Of a stretch of 64,000 nucleotides of DNA, positions 1-14,054 are shown piece by piece. This DNA comes from Bugula neritina. Lineage: Eukaryota > Animalia > Bryozoa. The position numbers and the translations under genes were made by a program. The notes beneath the pieces were generated by a model. That model was not told the DNA's origin. It did not search any database and was given only the letters and a program-made list of their open reading frames with translations. Each line of letters begins with the position of its first letter. The first letter of the stretch is position 1. The stretch spans positions 2,232,001 to 2,296,000 of the forward strand of contig OZ037769.1 in NCBI GenBank assembly GCA_964035545.1, given 5' to 3'.

Positions 1-157
1 TCGACCATTGCTGATTTCTGCACCTTATCTGACATTGAAAAAAGCTAATATATATACATTGTTGCACTTTATTTTCTGTTTCAATTGAAATTATAGGTAA
101 TCTTTCTATTTACAATTTATGTCATCATGCAATTATAAATGTTCATTGTTGCTTTAC

Positions 158-3100
158 CTGGTATACTAATCCACTCTTTGGTCCATTAGGATAGAGTACA
201 GGGTCATAACTCAGACTAATACATGTGGAAGATAGAGCTGTTAGTTTAAAGTTTCTTGGTGCTATTTGAGGAGCTACAAAGAGATGGTAGCATAATTGGC
301 TAGATCTGTTTTTAAAGTAAAATTATATTTATTAATAAATCAACAAGACTGAATAAATTGTTAAATTAACTCTTCTCATTAACATAAAATAAAACTCAAC
401 TTTAACTTCGATTATTTTCTAAACCTATGATTGGTGCATCTTATTGTTTGACTTTTTATCAATAATTATTTTCTCTAAATGACAAATACAGTGTTAATAA
501 AATTAAAACAAGCTAAAGTTCGTCTGCTAATAAGAGAACAGAGGCTTTTTACAAGTTTCTCTGGGAACATTTGTATTTCAAAGTTGTCTCCCCTTAGTCG
601 GGCACGCCGTAGTCTCCATGATATATAGAACAAGCACATAAATTCAGTAAAAATTTAAGGTTTGTGTAAAGACTGTTGCTAGTACGAGTTTCATTTTTCT
701 GAGATTAATATTTTGGCATAAGCACACAGATTAATTTTTTTCAAAAATCTTGAGAAAAATTAACTTCAAATCATGTTTGTGGTTTTGGTTACTGCATGTG
801 CAAGCTGAATTGGCATCTATAATTAATATAAATTCCATCAATCATTTGTTATGCTGGCTCTCATGTTCAATTCATAGCTGTTGACCTTTCAACTCTTTGG
901 TCAGAAACTGATATTAACACAGTCTTAGAGCTCTGCTAATGAATGAAACAGCAGATTAGCTGTGTTAGCATTTTCAATTAAATATACTTACACACTTACG
1001 TTATGTGAGTAGCTAGACTATAACCTCAGCATCCATCATTTTCACAAAAAAGCATTCTCATAAAAATATAAGTATAATTATGTTAAATAGACAGAGTAAA
1101 TTTGTAGCATCAAAATGATCTGTGATATAGCATGTGCACTTAACTATACTTTGAAAAGTTTGTGCTACATTATGTTCAAGGGACTGTGAATGCTTTACAT
1201 AGTTTAATGTCAACAGCTATAAATTGAACATGACAGCCAGCATAACAAATGATTGATGGAACTTATATCATAGTTGCCAAATCAGCTTGCTCATGCAGTA
1301 ACCAAAACCACAAACATGCTTTGAAGTTAATTTTTCTCAAAATTTTTAAAGAAAGGAAATTTTTAACTTTTTTCTAGAACTGCTAATCTGCATGTGTGCT
1401 TATGCCAAAATATTGATCTTAGACAAAATGGAACTCGTACTAGCAATAGTCTTCACACAAACCTTAATTTTTTACTAATTTTATGTGTGCTTGTTTTATA
1501 TATCATGGAGACTACAGCTCGCCCATCTCGTAGGAAACAACTTTAAAATACAAATGTCCCCAAAGGGACTTGCGAAAAGCCTCTATTAATTCTTAACTTT
1601 CAATGATATTTTGAATTTTTGAGTATTATTCTTGTTCAACAACAAAAACATTAGTCAAGCTTAGGTTGAAGCTGAACATAATTACACACGGTCATGAATG
1701 TATCAGTATCATAATAAAGTCTTGGTCTGTATGCGTGACTGTTTAGTTTAGTTTATAGAGTTAAAAATATAATAGCTATAAGTGTATCCTATATATCACT
1801 TAATACTCAATAGATAGGTAAACATACGCAGTCCTTGTTGGGTGACAATAGATTTCCTCACAGATTCAGATAAATTTCCATTCCTCTGTATCAACCAGAC
1901 TTCAGCTGATACACCAACATTACCATCTCTGTATATAGTTGTATTAGTAGATGTAGAGCTACTTAGAATTGTCTTATCATCTATATTCAGTTTGTATCTG
2001 TACGATGATTCTGCACAGTTGTATGTAGATGATACCTTAATGAGAGAGAATCAAATATCACTCAGCTGTTGTAAAACAGAAAAAAATTGAACATAAAAAG
2101 AACCTCTATACAGACAAGTGTAACATTTACCTGCCATGCTAGAGTATATTTCCATCTCTTTCTCCCCGAATCAGTTACCATTGTTGGTGAGTTAAACTGT
2201 AGACTTGATGATTGAAATGGATCTGCAAAAAAATGTATTAGCTAGATTAGTTTATTAAATATTTTGCGACCAATTGCCATCATAAATATAGCTACATGAA
2301 AACGCTGATAGTCTTATAAAGTATGTAAACTAATTAAAATAATGTTTATATATGCAATGACTAATAATTATTTCCATTTTAAGTGGCTAATAACATAAAC
2401 TCTTTGAATGATTTAGTGCAAATCTACAGTGATGTAATGATGATGTAAAATTAGGATGATGAAAAAGTTATTCAAATACAGTTAGTTTTAACAGAACATC
2501 TCAAATTTAGCTAAAATAGTGTAAGTCAAACCTATTTAATTGACATTCACTCGACAAGAAGATGCATTAGGGGTAAATTTTGTTATATATACACACAATA
2601 TATGTTAAATCACATTCTTTATCAGCTATATAATATTACACTTTTTCAATCATACCTGTACTCACCCAAATTTACTAAACTATAAGGATAAAACCTAGAA
2701 AATCAAAAAAATTAGAAGAAAAGCCTTGCTCAGTTACCTGTATTAGATAATATTTCATCAGTTTACTGCAAGAAGCAATATGCATTATTGGTTAACCCGT
2801 AAAAAATAGCTAAAAACTAGAGATATATTATATAGTGCATGTACTATAAAACAAGTAAAATGGCCCACTTATAAAAAGTTGACCAATCATCACTATTTCA
2901 AAGTGATATCCAACAACTGTCATTGTTTACAGGACATATTTTTTTATACACTTCATCCAAGAGTATTGTTGCATAATTATAATATAATTGTACATGCATA
3001 ATAATTGAAGTTGGTTACAATTAGGTACCAAAAACTCCTAAAATCCATTATTAAATACAATTAAGTTATTTAGCTGTTTTCAGTTTTTATGTTGTCTATT

Positions 3101-3767
3101 AAACGACTACTGCCTCCATATTTTAGCTCATAAAGCAATAAACTCTTTCAATTTCTTTTTTAATAGTAGAAGAAAGCAAAATATAGTTGGTGGCAGTTTT
3201 ACAAAAACATTACCAGAAGAGGCAAGCAAGGTTTGTATCTAGTTTATGTTTTGTCAAGTTGAACTACTTGGATAGAAATAGGTCTAGCATGACGTATTAT
3301 TTTTAAAAATTACTGAATTTTTATGGGATAAAGCAGTTTTAAATTTATTAATCCATAAGTAGAGTCAACTTACTGTTACAAGTTGTCTCACTGTCTGTTG
3401 CTACTTCGCTGTCTTTATTACCATTAGAGTTACTCTCTCTTCTTGCTCTAATCTCACAGTTTGCCAAAGTGTTTGGTGTAAACTCGCAGACTTGTTTATC
3501 AGATGGTATGTTCTTCCAACCACCAGAGTTACAATTATACTGCAAATTATAACACATTCAAATCTGAAGGATATTGTTTCAGCCATTTGCATTATTATTA
3601 ATTAAGTCAAATACTCACACATGCAGAGTCTGCAATGTTGACTAAAAATTATAAATTGTAAGTTGGCCCGAAGTTTTTATTACTGAACACATCAAATGAT
3701 TTTTACGATTGTCAGTTTTTTGTTCAAAAATTTAGCTAAAGCGTTTTAGCTGAAGTTATATATATAC

Positions 3768-3832
<65 letters not shown>

Positions 3833-5113
3833 TATATTCAAAGAACCAACCAAGACACTGTCCAGGTCATCTAACGCCTTATTTCTTTCTGCATGTATTT
3901 ACATAAGACTAAAAATTTTAGTTAAAAAACCACCTATATTTGCCATAGTTATTTAACTGGTTTACCTGATATACTAGCATACTTTCTGGTCCATTAGGAT
4001 AGAGTACAGGATCATAACTTAGACTAACACAGTATGGAGATACAGCTGTTACTTTAAAGTTTCTTGGTGCTACTTGAGGAGCTAAAACAACATATTTTAA
4101 TTTCGTTAAATTCATTAATGTGCTGAAAGCAACCTGTTTTATTTATTTCTGTAAGAAACATTTTAAAAACATTATTATTAAATTTTAAATACATTTTTCT
4201 CAACCAAATATTATTCAACAGATTGTCAAGAAAATTAATATCTGCAGTATAATCTGAACTGTATAGGAATGTGAGCAAGCAACTTAAAAATAAATTTGTA
4301 ATTTTGCATAACATTGAAATTTTATTTTTAAGCAAATTTTAAAATTGAAACCAAACCAATTATAAAAATTGTCCAGAAAAAATATTTTCAATTAACGTTC
4401 TACTTTTTTAAAAAAATCTACTTTAATAACCTCACGTAGATTTACTGTTGATGTAGTGATAGTCTTGGTAACAACTTCAGAAAGAACTTCATGTTTATTT
4501 CTTAACCAAACTTTTATGGTTAAAAATTCTCCTCCATCTTTGTACAGAGTGGAACTGGTATGTTTGTAGTTCCTTATTACTAAGCCACTGTCAACTTGTA
4601 GTTGGTAAGGATTAGTTGGATGTATGCAGCCATATGTTTCTGGTTCCTGTGAATTTACACAAGACTATGTTAATAATATCGTTCATTTAAAAATTCTTAA
4701 CATTTATGGAAAAAATTGTTGCAAAACGCTTCTATCTTTTCCAAGACTTTGTATTATTTAACCAAAATGACTAACAATTTATTATATAATAATAATTCCT
4801 ATATACGCATATGTTATAGTGTACTGGCATATTGCTTATAGTTGAGCTTCATTTATATTTGGTGTGGAATAATTTTATTGGAGTTGGTAGCTTTGTAATA
4901 CAGTCTATTAATTATGAAGTGTGTTTTAAAAGTTACAACTATAAGTAATAAAAACAATTACCTGCCATGTTGCTGTATACTTCCATCTTTTTCTGTTAGA
5001 ATGTGTAGCTTGACTTGGTTCTCCAAAAGAAAGTTGCTGAGGTTTATCTGGAACTGACAAAATATAAATATTGAAAGATTGAAACTAATATAATATTATA
5101 AACACTAAGTAAA

Positions 5114-5169
<56 letters not shown>

Positions 5170-5347
5170 ATATATATATATATATATATAAATATATAAA
5201 ATAAAATAAAAAAAAACAACTTTAATTTATTAATTTATTCATATAAATACAAAAGTGTAAGACTGTTTTGAATACCGTTGTTTATAATACGAAAGTATAA
5301 TATATTTAATATCCCTGCATAATCAGTTCAAAATATTGCTTAATGTT

Positions 5348-5445
<98 letters not shown>

Positions 5446-8389
5446 CATTAAGCAATATTTTGAACTGATTATGCAGGGATATTAAATATATTATACTTTC
5501 GTATTATAAACAACGGTATTCAAAACAGTCTTACACTTTTGTATTTATATGAATAAATTAATAAATTAAAGTTGTTTCTTTTTTAGTTATTTTTAAATAA
5601 TTAAAATCAGGCTGCGAAAAAGAAAACACTGTGTGGTAGAAATAAAAAAATAATTTATTTAATTTCTATTTCTTATAAGATGCATCTTCCCAACACATAT
5701 TTTTTGTCCTAATTAATAAAAATTGCACTGAATGTTTGTTATTAATGCTCTATAAAACATTTAAAAAAAAACATTCTATTCTGTATAAATATTTAACAAG
5801 TATTTACCAGCAGGACAAGCAGTTGTCACACTATCAGTAGCCACTTCACTTTTTTTGTTATTGTTGGAGTTACTCTCTCTTCTTGCTCTAATCTCACAGT
5901 TTACGAGACTGTTTGGTGTCAACCCACAGACTTGTTTATTAGATGGTATGATCTTCCAACCACCAGAGTTACAATTATACTGCAGAGGTATTGAATCAAA
6001 TGTTATCATTATGCAAACTGAGGTTTTTGGAAGCCCTAATTTGAAACTATGGGTATATTCATAAAAAAGCTTTAAAATTATTTGCCTCCATAACATAAGT
6101 CAACTTCATGATTTTAAACTTTTGCAGCCAACTTAAAACACTTGGAACAATGAGTAAGCAATTAACGCTACTTACTTTCAGTATGTTTACATATATATTA
6201 TCTTGACCTTGTAGTCAAAAAAGCATAGATTTCATCAACCTGTATATAATGCACCTCAATTAACAACACAACAACATAATATACCTACACATACCTGATA
6301 GTTAGCTTCTACATCTGTATATGGATTATCCCAGTCAAGTCTCACACAATCAGATGATATCTGACTCAGTCTCAGGTTTCTTGGTGTAAAATTAGCTAGA
6401 AAGGAACAATTGGAACTTTGTGTAAAAATACTTTCTTAAAATTGTGAGCAAATATACATATTTAGCGGTGTGCTAAAACTTAGAATAAAGAGACATTCTG
6501 ATCAAGTTACTAATGGCAACAATGAAAGTAAACTCAATTTGAAAAGAAAAAGATAATATACTTTGCAAAGAAAATATATATTAAAATATGAAAAAAAATT
6601 GCGCTAATCAAAATCAAGCAGTTTCAAGCAATTCCAAGTCATGTAACAAGTGTGAGTAATAAAAATGGTGAAGCTCATAATAATTATAACTAATCTTTAG
6701 ATGCCGAACAAAATTGTATTTTTCAAGAAGCAATTAATTAACTGTAAGTGCAACGCATGCTCATAACAAGATTTATAGAACTTTTGTTTTGAAGAAGTTA
6801 TTTTGCACTCTCAAAGTATTCATTTTGAACAGTATTTCAAATTTTAAAAATAACATATACGTCTAAAATGAAACTTATTTTCTATACTCATTTAGCTATT
6901 GTCTAATAAAAAATTGATTTTTACTCAACAGACCTAATTCTTGGGTATGCAGAAAGTAGAATAAACCATTTACTCTACCTCTTTTATTTCTCAATTTCAA
7001 ATCTTAGGACATTACTTATAGAATAAATTATTATTGCACTAATAGTTTTTAATTTTACTCATCAAGTCAAAAATTGTTGAAACTTTGTGTTATTTTGATT
7101 GCTAATAATGTTTATAGAGACATGCTCAACAGTTAAGTATATACACTAGCTTTCATCACCTAAAAACAACAATTGACACTTAATTATAACTTTTGCCGCT
7201 AAATAAAACGTGGGGTGGCTAAATAGCCACTGCAGTGGGACACAACAAATACATTGAAACTTTGTTGATTTGGTTGCACCTGATTTTAATTTGATTAATA
7301 CACATAAATAAATAAAAATACTCTTTCAGATCTACAGCAAAAATCATGTTTTAGCTGTACAGTTTGCACCACAACAGATAACAAGGGAGGAAAAATCAAA
7401 CGCACATCACTCATTTCTGTACGGTACCATTTTCATTACTGTTTAGAACTGGAAAAAAAATTTATTTCCGCTTTACAGGAACTTTCATCAACAAAAACTT
7501 CAGTAACATGTACTACAAAATTCTGAGTGGACTTTTTTTCTATGAACTGTAGCTAAGGTGCATGGCTGAGGTTTGTGACTGGAATGTGGAAGGGGAGGAG
7601 CTAGGGAGGAAATGTGTAAATCAGAATTTATTTAAGTCAAATACATGTGTAATCGCTCAATGATATAATGTATAGTGAATATCATGACTATCCATCAGTA
7701 GCAACAGCAGAGTGTTATGTATAATGTATAAAATCACAAAGCTATATAACCCCACGAAATGTATATATATATAGGTCTATTAGGGAGCTTCACCTTGTAG
7801 TTTGGTAGTTTTACCATGATGTTTTTGCTACTTTACAAAAAGGTCAAAAATGGCTCTATTTATAGATTTTATTAACATTTCATCTAGGTAACTTTTGGGC
7901 AAACAAACTAATAACAGTGATCAGAGTGCAAAGATAAGGTGACCCATTGTGCCCCAGTCAGCGTGGCCCATTGTGCCCCCTGTGGCCAAGTTGAAAATAA
8001 ATGTGGCTCAGGGAAAATTTATTTTAGAGTTTGCTGTTATACTAGTTAAGCAATGTAGAGACAAGCAATGGCAACAATATCAGTAAAATCTAGGCTTAAT
8101 TGTTACTTTTGAGTGTAAAAAGTAATAAAGCTTTAACTACATCTTAAAAAGTTAAAAAAAAGTATGTACAAACAGTTTTTGACTCACCTCTTGATGGATG
8201 CCATATTTATAAATAATCTTTCTAATAAAAAAACTAAATGTTCCTTATAAGTATACCCAAAGAATCTCATCTAAACAAGCAACCATAACATAAGTATAAG
8301 TATGACTTACCTCCAGCTGTATTCCCAACCAAGTAGAGTAACAGAAATGCTGCTAGAATAATGCTGTTATAACATTTCAGGGATCTCAT
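158..8389 (-). CDS. Gene 4: FN3-repeat paralog lacking the lectin domain; 3'-partial (continues left of the window)
   Basis: Exons 8311-8389 (MRSLKCYNSIILAAFLLLYLVGNTAG), 6295-6395, 5808-5979, 4962-5053, 4436-4646, 3966-4081, 3374-3539, 2131-2222, 1828-2035, 158-273. All are open and phase-compatible, and homologous to FN3 half-exons of genes 1-3. Confidence 0.82.
540..1584. mobile_element. Foldback/MITE-type element with about 350-bp TIRs (gene 4 intron)
   Basis: 540-885 is the imperfect reverse complement of 1209-1584 (AGAGGCTTTT...AAAAGCCTCT). No ORF; TSD unclear. Confidence 0.8.
5214..5577. repeat. Palindrome: about 140-bp arms around a (TA)n core
   Basis: 5214-5353 is the reverse complement of ~5438-5577, with no mismatch seen; another (TA)n lies at 5116-5197. 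Confidence 0.92.
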
Positions 8390-11300
8390 GATGAAATTAC
8401 GTACTCTTCTCAGAGTAAGTAATATAGTAAGTACGCTGATAAAGCATGCAAGTAGAATTAACTATATAGCAGTTTATTCTTTCTGCAATTTTGTTGATTT
8501 CCGTTATAAAAGGTGTTGATTTAACTTGAAGAAACTTATTTGATTAACATATTCTACTAACTTCCTTTTTGATGTGTCACACACTTAGTTAAGTTTTGTC
8601 AGTTTAATTTGTTCAGTGAATGTATATGACTGTGCTAGTGTTCAGTGCAAACCGTAGTGTATCACAAAGGAACAGATGAAGATGAAAGCTAAGTGAATGC
8701 TAGAGCAAACATTCTTTGAATTAAAAAGAGAGCTATTCTATTCAGGTTCATAAGTTAGCTAACTACATTCAAAAGAGTTTTTCTAAAGTATAATGGAGCT
8801 ATCTTTGCCTTATAATTATGTAGTAGAGTCAATAATAATGAAGTATAGAAAGATGAAAAGAAGAAGTTTGATGTTATGTATGGCAGTGCGTGACAATAAA
8901 GTTTAACTTCTGCCTTGCTATTCAAACATATGAAAAATACTACACTGTATAGTATTTTGAGCTATAGAGATACTCTACAATACAATATCAATCTGAAATG
9001 AGTAATTAAATCAGCATCACCATCTAAAGTTATTCTTTTGCAAAGTACATCCACGGTCAGTGCTAAAGATTTGAATTAGCAGCGTCAAAAAACATTTTAT
9101 ATAAATAGGTTTGATGTTCAACATACGCAAACTGGAAAAGTGAACATTTAATTTTGAAGAGATATGTCTATAACATACCCGAAACCTACAGTTATAAACG
9201 TTACTTTGTTAGCAACTTAACAACAGGGTTTCATATTTGAGAGAGAGCACAATTCCCAATCAACGCACTACAAACATTATGTTACAAGCATATACACATG
9301 CTACTAAACAGATACCTTTTCAGAATTTGTACATGACCTATCCTCTTATTTTTGTTATAAATACCGCAACAAAAAATTACTGCAAAGCACAAGTTTACAG
9401 CTCTTTTTAGTTACCTTATTTTTGAGCAAAGAATACTGTTAATATGTTAATATTATATTATTTATGTAAATAGACATATAAAAATTGAGCAAACAGGAAA
9501 AAATTATGAAAAAGTTAGATTTATGTTATATAAATGAAGATGTTATGTAAAATGTGTTTAGACACACTAAAAAATTTAATGCATTCAAACTTGTGTAAGC
9601 TATGTTTTAGTGCATATAATTATAGATTAAGGTAAATGTAATAATTTTTTAATACTTATAAACCATGGCATTCGTGAGTTAGTTTTAAACTAGTACTATA
9701 AGTTAAAGTAAATATAATAAAATATATTATATACTCCAATGCCATGAGTTTAACATTGGTCTTGCATATTCTGATAAAGATTAGTATCAGGTGAAAGATT
9801 GTGTACAGTACGAACTACTTTCTCATAGTTATGATCCTCAGTTACTGTATTCATACTCTCATATGTTGGTGCTGGATTCTTGTCACCAGAAACCTCTGCA
9901 TATTCTGCTACATCTGTACTTGCTCGTTGTATGCAGCTCAGATCAACCTCTTCAAGGTTATCTCTTCTCTGAGGTTTGGGCTGTGTTTCTCTCTTGGATC
10001 TTAGACTTCTAAGCTGATTGGATCTTCTCAGTATAACAATTATAAGTATTACTATTGTTATAATCAGAACACCAGTGGAAAGTCCAACAGACAACCCAAT
10101 GATGTAACCTAAAACAATCAAGTACAAATAATACTAAATAGTTATGGTGATTAATAAATGAATCTTTGACTTTTATTTGCTGCAGTGTTTTATACAATCC
10201 TCAACCTATTATGTTGTTTATAAATAGCCAAATGTTGTATTAATATTGAGTCATTTGCAGAAAGTATCATTCTAGATGTAGAAGTTGGAGTAATTATAAA
10301 TATCATACTTTAATTTGAAAACACTACCTTACATTTTTTTAATAAAACAAGTTACCAAAATTAAATTTTTTCATGTTATACCTTACTCCTTGCGTCTTTC
10401 ATATTATACTCACAATAATTACTACTATATAGTCTATTTTAAAATTTTAATTGCAAAGTTGCAATAGTGTAGCCACAACTTTTCTTGGTGAAAAGAATTT
10501 GTAAAAGTTTGAAAATTGAGGAAGTTAATAGTCATATCGCCGTATACCTAGCTTTAGACATTCTGGTAATTCTCCCGACCAGTCCACTTCTCCATTATCA
10601 TCACCACAAACTATTTCTGATTGACCAGTAATATACAATCCTTCTTCACAAGAATACAGGGCTGTTGTACCCACACCCCAATCTTTATCTGAACTCAACA
10701 GTCTGGCATTATCTACTAGAGGTGGTGCAGAGCAGTGGCTCTCATCCATACCTACCAATGACAAAAGCAACTTTCTAACCATGACCCACTCTTACAGATT
10801 TGAATTTGTTAGTTTACCATGCACCGTGTTATTGCAATTGTAAAAAACTTTTACTATTATGCTGATAAATATTTCAATATGTAATAATGCATTTTTAGAT
10901 TCTTTGCAAAAGTATATTAAGCCTAAACCATTACAGAGGTTGTACTTGTCTTATCTCAGTTGTACCTATGCATCAGCATGCAGAATGAATTTTATAGAAC
11001 CTTATACTGTTTATAAGAAATAGTGTGAGCACTGATCTCAGCCAATCAGTCCCAGCAATCACTCACTTTTTTCTGCTTTTTCAAAAAGAAGTTGTTATAA
11101 TTTAATTAATAACTTATAATTTAAATAGCCCATTGATAATTAGTACTCCTTCATAAAACAATTTTAAGATTATATTCATTTTCTTCAAAAACTTCTACAA
11201 GAAAAATTAGGAGAAAAATCATTCCATGCATGTTCTTATGGAAAACCCTCAGCTTACCTAAGGAGATTCTGATGGGCTCGTTGAAGTACTCCACAATTTT

Positions 11301-13030
11301 AAAACCATCCTGTAATAATATATATACACCTTATTTTGAATAATACCTACTCAATGGTTTAGCCACTTCAAAACATGCATAAATATGTAAATAAATTGCG
11401 CTATATGTTTACTAAAAAGAACTTTTCTTTTACGTATAAGATCACAATGCTATATTTAGTATCATATCTTTTTTTTATATTATATTAACATATACAAGGA
11501 CTTATGCTGACTGTGTTTACATGCAATACCATAACAACAAGTTTCATAGTTTAAAGCCAATAATTATATGATTTAGCGTGCACCTCAAACTACCATTTTA
11601 ACTCAACAGAATAATGGTATATCTTTGCGAGAGGTTGTGGCATGGCACTGTATATGCTAAAGTGGTAGTTGAATTTGAGCCGTTTAAATTAAGAATAAAA
11701 TAAATTTTTAGGACATTACAAAAAACCAATAATTTCTGATTCTGTCTAGTATTTAGTTTAGACAGATATTTATTTTAGTTATCTATTTGCCAGAAAAATG
11801 TTTCTTTTATGATTGAATGTTTCAATACAAGAGAAATTACAAAACTTTTATTTGCATTTTAAAAGCAACTATTAGCAAGAAATGCAATGATAAGAAGTTA
11901 GTGCGTTGACAATGATTTCTTACACATGCGATAAAGTAAAACCAAAAAAATCTAACAATACCTCCGCCTGTACTGTAACTGCCTGATATATCTTGTAGTC
12001 TTGGTTTGGTTCCAGTGGTGCATTATAATAGTTTTGATATGTCTTTCCATCTCCAACTCTGAAGTCATACCCATCACTATCTACTAGAGAACTGTCAATC
12101 TCTGCTGTTATGTAACAATCTGGGTCAAGGTCACATTCTGGTGGTAGTTGGACAGATGATCTCTTCTTTCTCTTACTTGTTGATGTCTTCTTTTGGACAA
12201 CAAACACGTAGGAACTGCAATAAATAAGTTATCTAGTAGTATGTAGTTACTATACAAGTGAAATACAAAATTAGGTATTGCCTATCTAAGAAGGTAAAGA
12301 TAAAAAAGATAAACAGAATATATCTTTTCAAACAATATATTCTGCCAAATATTTAAAAACTAGGTCTGCGTGGGGTTCATATTTGCCTGATAAATAGCTA
12401 AGCTGTGGCAACCATAATCATTGGCTATCTGGGCATGCAGCTAATAGTGCAGTATTTTATATTATACTAGTCAATACACTATTATATTATATAGAAACTT
12501 ATTTGTGAGATATAATGTAATGACAATGTGTGATATTATGATTGGCTAGGCTTTGTTAATTAGAAATGTAACTCAACTCACTCAGGAATCTTGTTATCCA
12601 GGGTAACTTGATGTAGGGTGATGGTGAAAGACTTCTGAATAGTTTCAGTCAACTTTACTTTGTCACTCTCTCTCACTAAAAGTTATAGGAAAAATACTAT
12701 ACTATACTATGACTGTTTCTCTACATAAATGATGAGTTTCACAAAATTTCTAATAATTATGTATCTGCATTACTTTTATATAGAAATATAACCCCTCTGC
12801 AAAATTATTAACTATAATATATAAACTATATATGCAGTTATGATTATTTCATTTTGTCAAAGAAGTTAAATTAACATACATACCTGCTATTCTAGTGTAT
12901 CCTGTTTGTGAAGTCACTGGACTCTCCCCAGCACTGTTTATAGCCTTAGCACTACATGTCACTTTCTCAGCTGATCTGAATTCACACAGGCTAACTGGTT
13001 GTTTATCTGTTGCTAGGATACTTTGATAGT
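8190..13030. repeat. Segmental duplicate, copy A (copy B at ~20850-25715)
   Basis: Constant offset of about 12,680 bp (8389/21067, 9750/22432, 12884/25568). Introns, 3' flank and intergenic DNA are nearly identical over ~8750-12830. Confidence 0.92.
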
Positions 13031-13973
13031 TTCCTCCTGCTGAGTTGGCGTAGTAACAAGTATACTAAAACATATATATGGAGCTTCAAAACCTGAAGCA
13101 GAAATACTTTGATAGTTTAAGGTATCATCTCCACAATTTAGCACAGCTTTTCTTGTTTTAAATGAAGTAATAATAACAGTGGATATTATAGTGAAAAATG
13201 TGTCAAAGAAAGATTGTGCTGAAGCATAATAATTATTGTACGCTGGAGTTTACTATCACCATGAAAACCTTTCTACAAACTTGCTTCTACAATGATTGTT
13301 ATATAACTGGTAATTTTTGATGCTGAATGGTTATACTTGCATAATATAGTCACTTAAGCTGCCTATTTACCTGGTACTCAGTGATGATGCCATTAGGTTG
13401 AGCTGGATCTTGAATAGTCAGATGTGCACAGTTTGTGTCAAAGTCTATAGAGAGACTTGGTCCATCATCTGGAGCTACAGTAATATTGTGTTGTTTGTAC
13501 TTTATAAGTTCTTATAGCCTATCATGTCAAAAGTCGGTGTTATACAATGTAACTTTTATGCCACATACCCAGCTCAGGTGTGGAGATGTAGCGGGGTTCT
13601 GCAGAGGATTGATAGTAGGCGTTGTTGACAGCTATCAGTATAATAGTATAGTTAGTGTATGGATCTAAGTCTTCTAGAACTTTCTCTCTAGTCTCCTCAA
13701 CTGAATATCTCTTATAGAAGATCTGCTGTTCATTGAGTTTGATAGTCAGCTCATAGTGAGAGATGGAAGCACATGATGAAAATGACTCCTGATGTACAAA
13801 AGACAATTATTTCTACAAACTGAGCATGAACAAAAATCATCATAATTTTTTTTTCTGGTAACTGTCGTAATTAAAGATATATTATATACCATGCGTTTAT
13901 TGTTGCAGTTGTAAAAAATTTAAGATTTTGCAGTGAGTTTTACTATCACTTAAGGTCTAGAACAATTATTATG

Positions 13974-14054
<81 letters not shown>

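Noticed and set aside
5855-6064. Recurrent plus-strand ORFs [13 protein letters not shown].. (also 29055, 35885, 57350) and 9791/22473
   Set aside because: Antisense shadows of conserved minus-strand exons; no independent gene structure.
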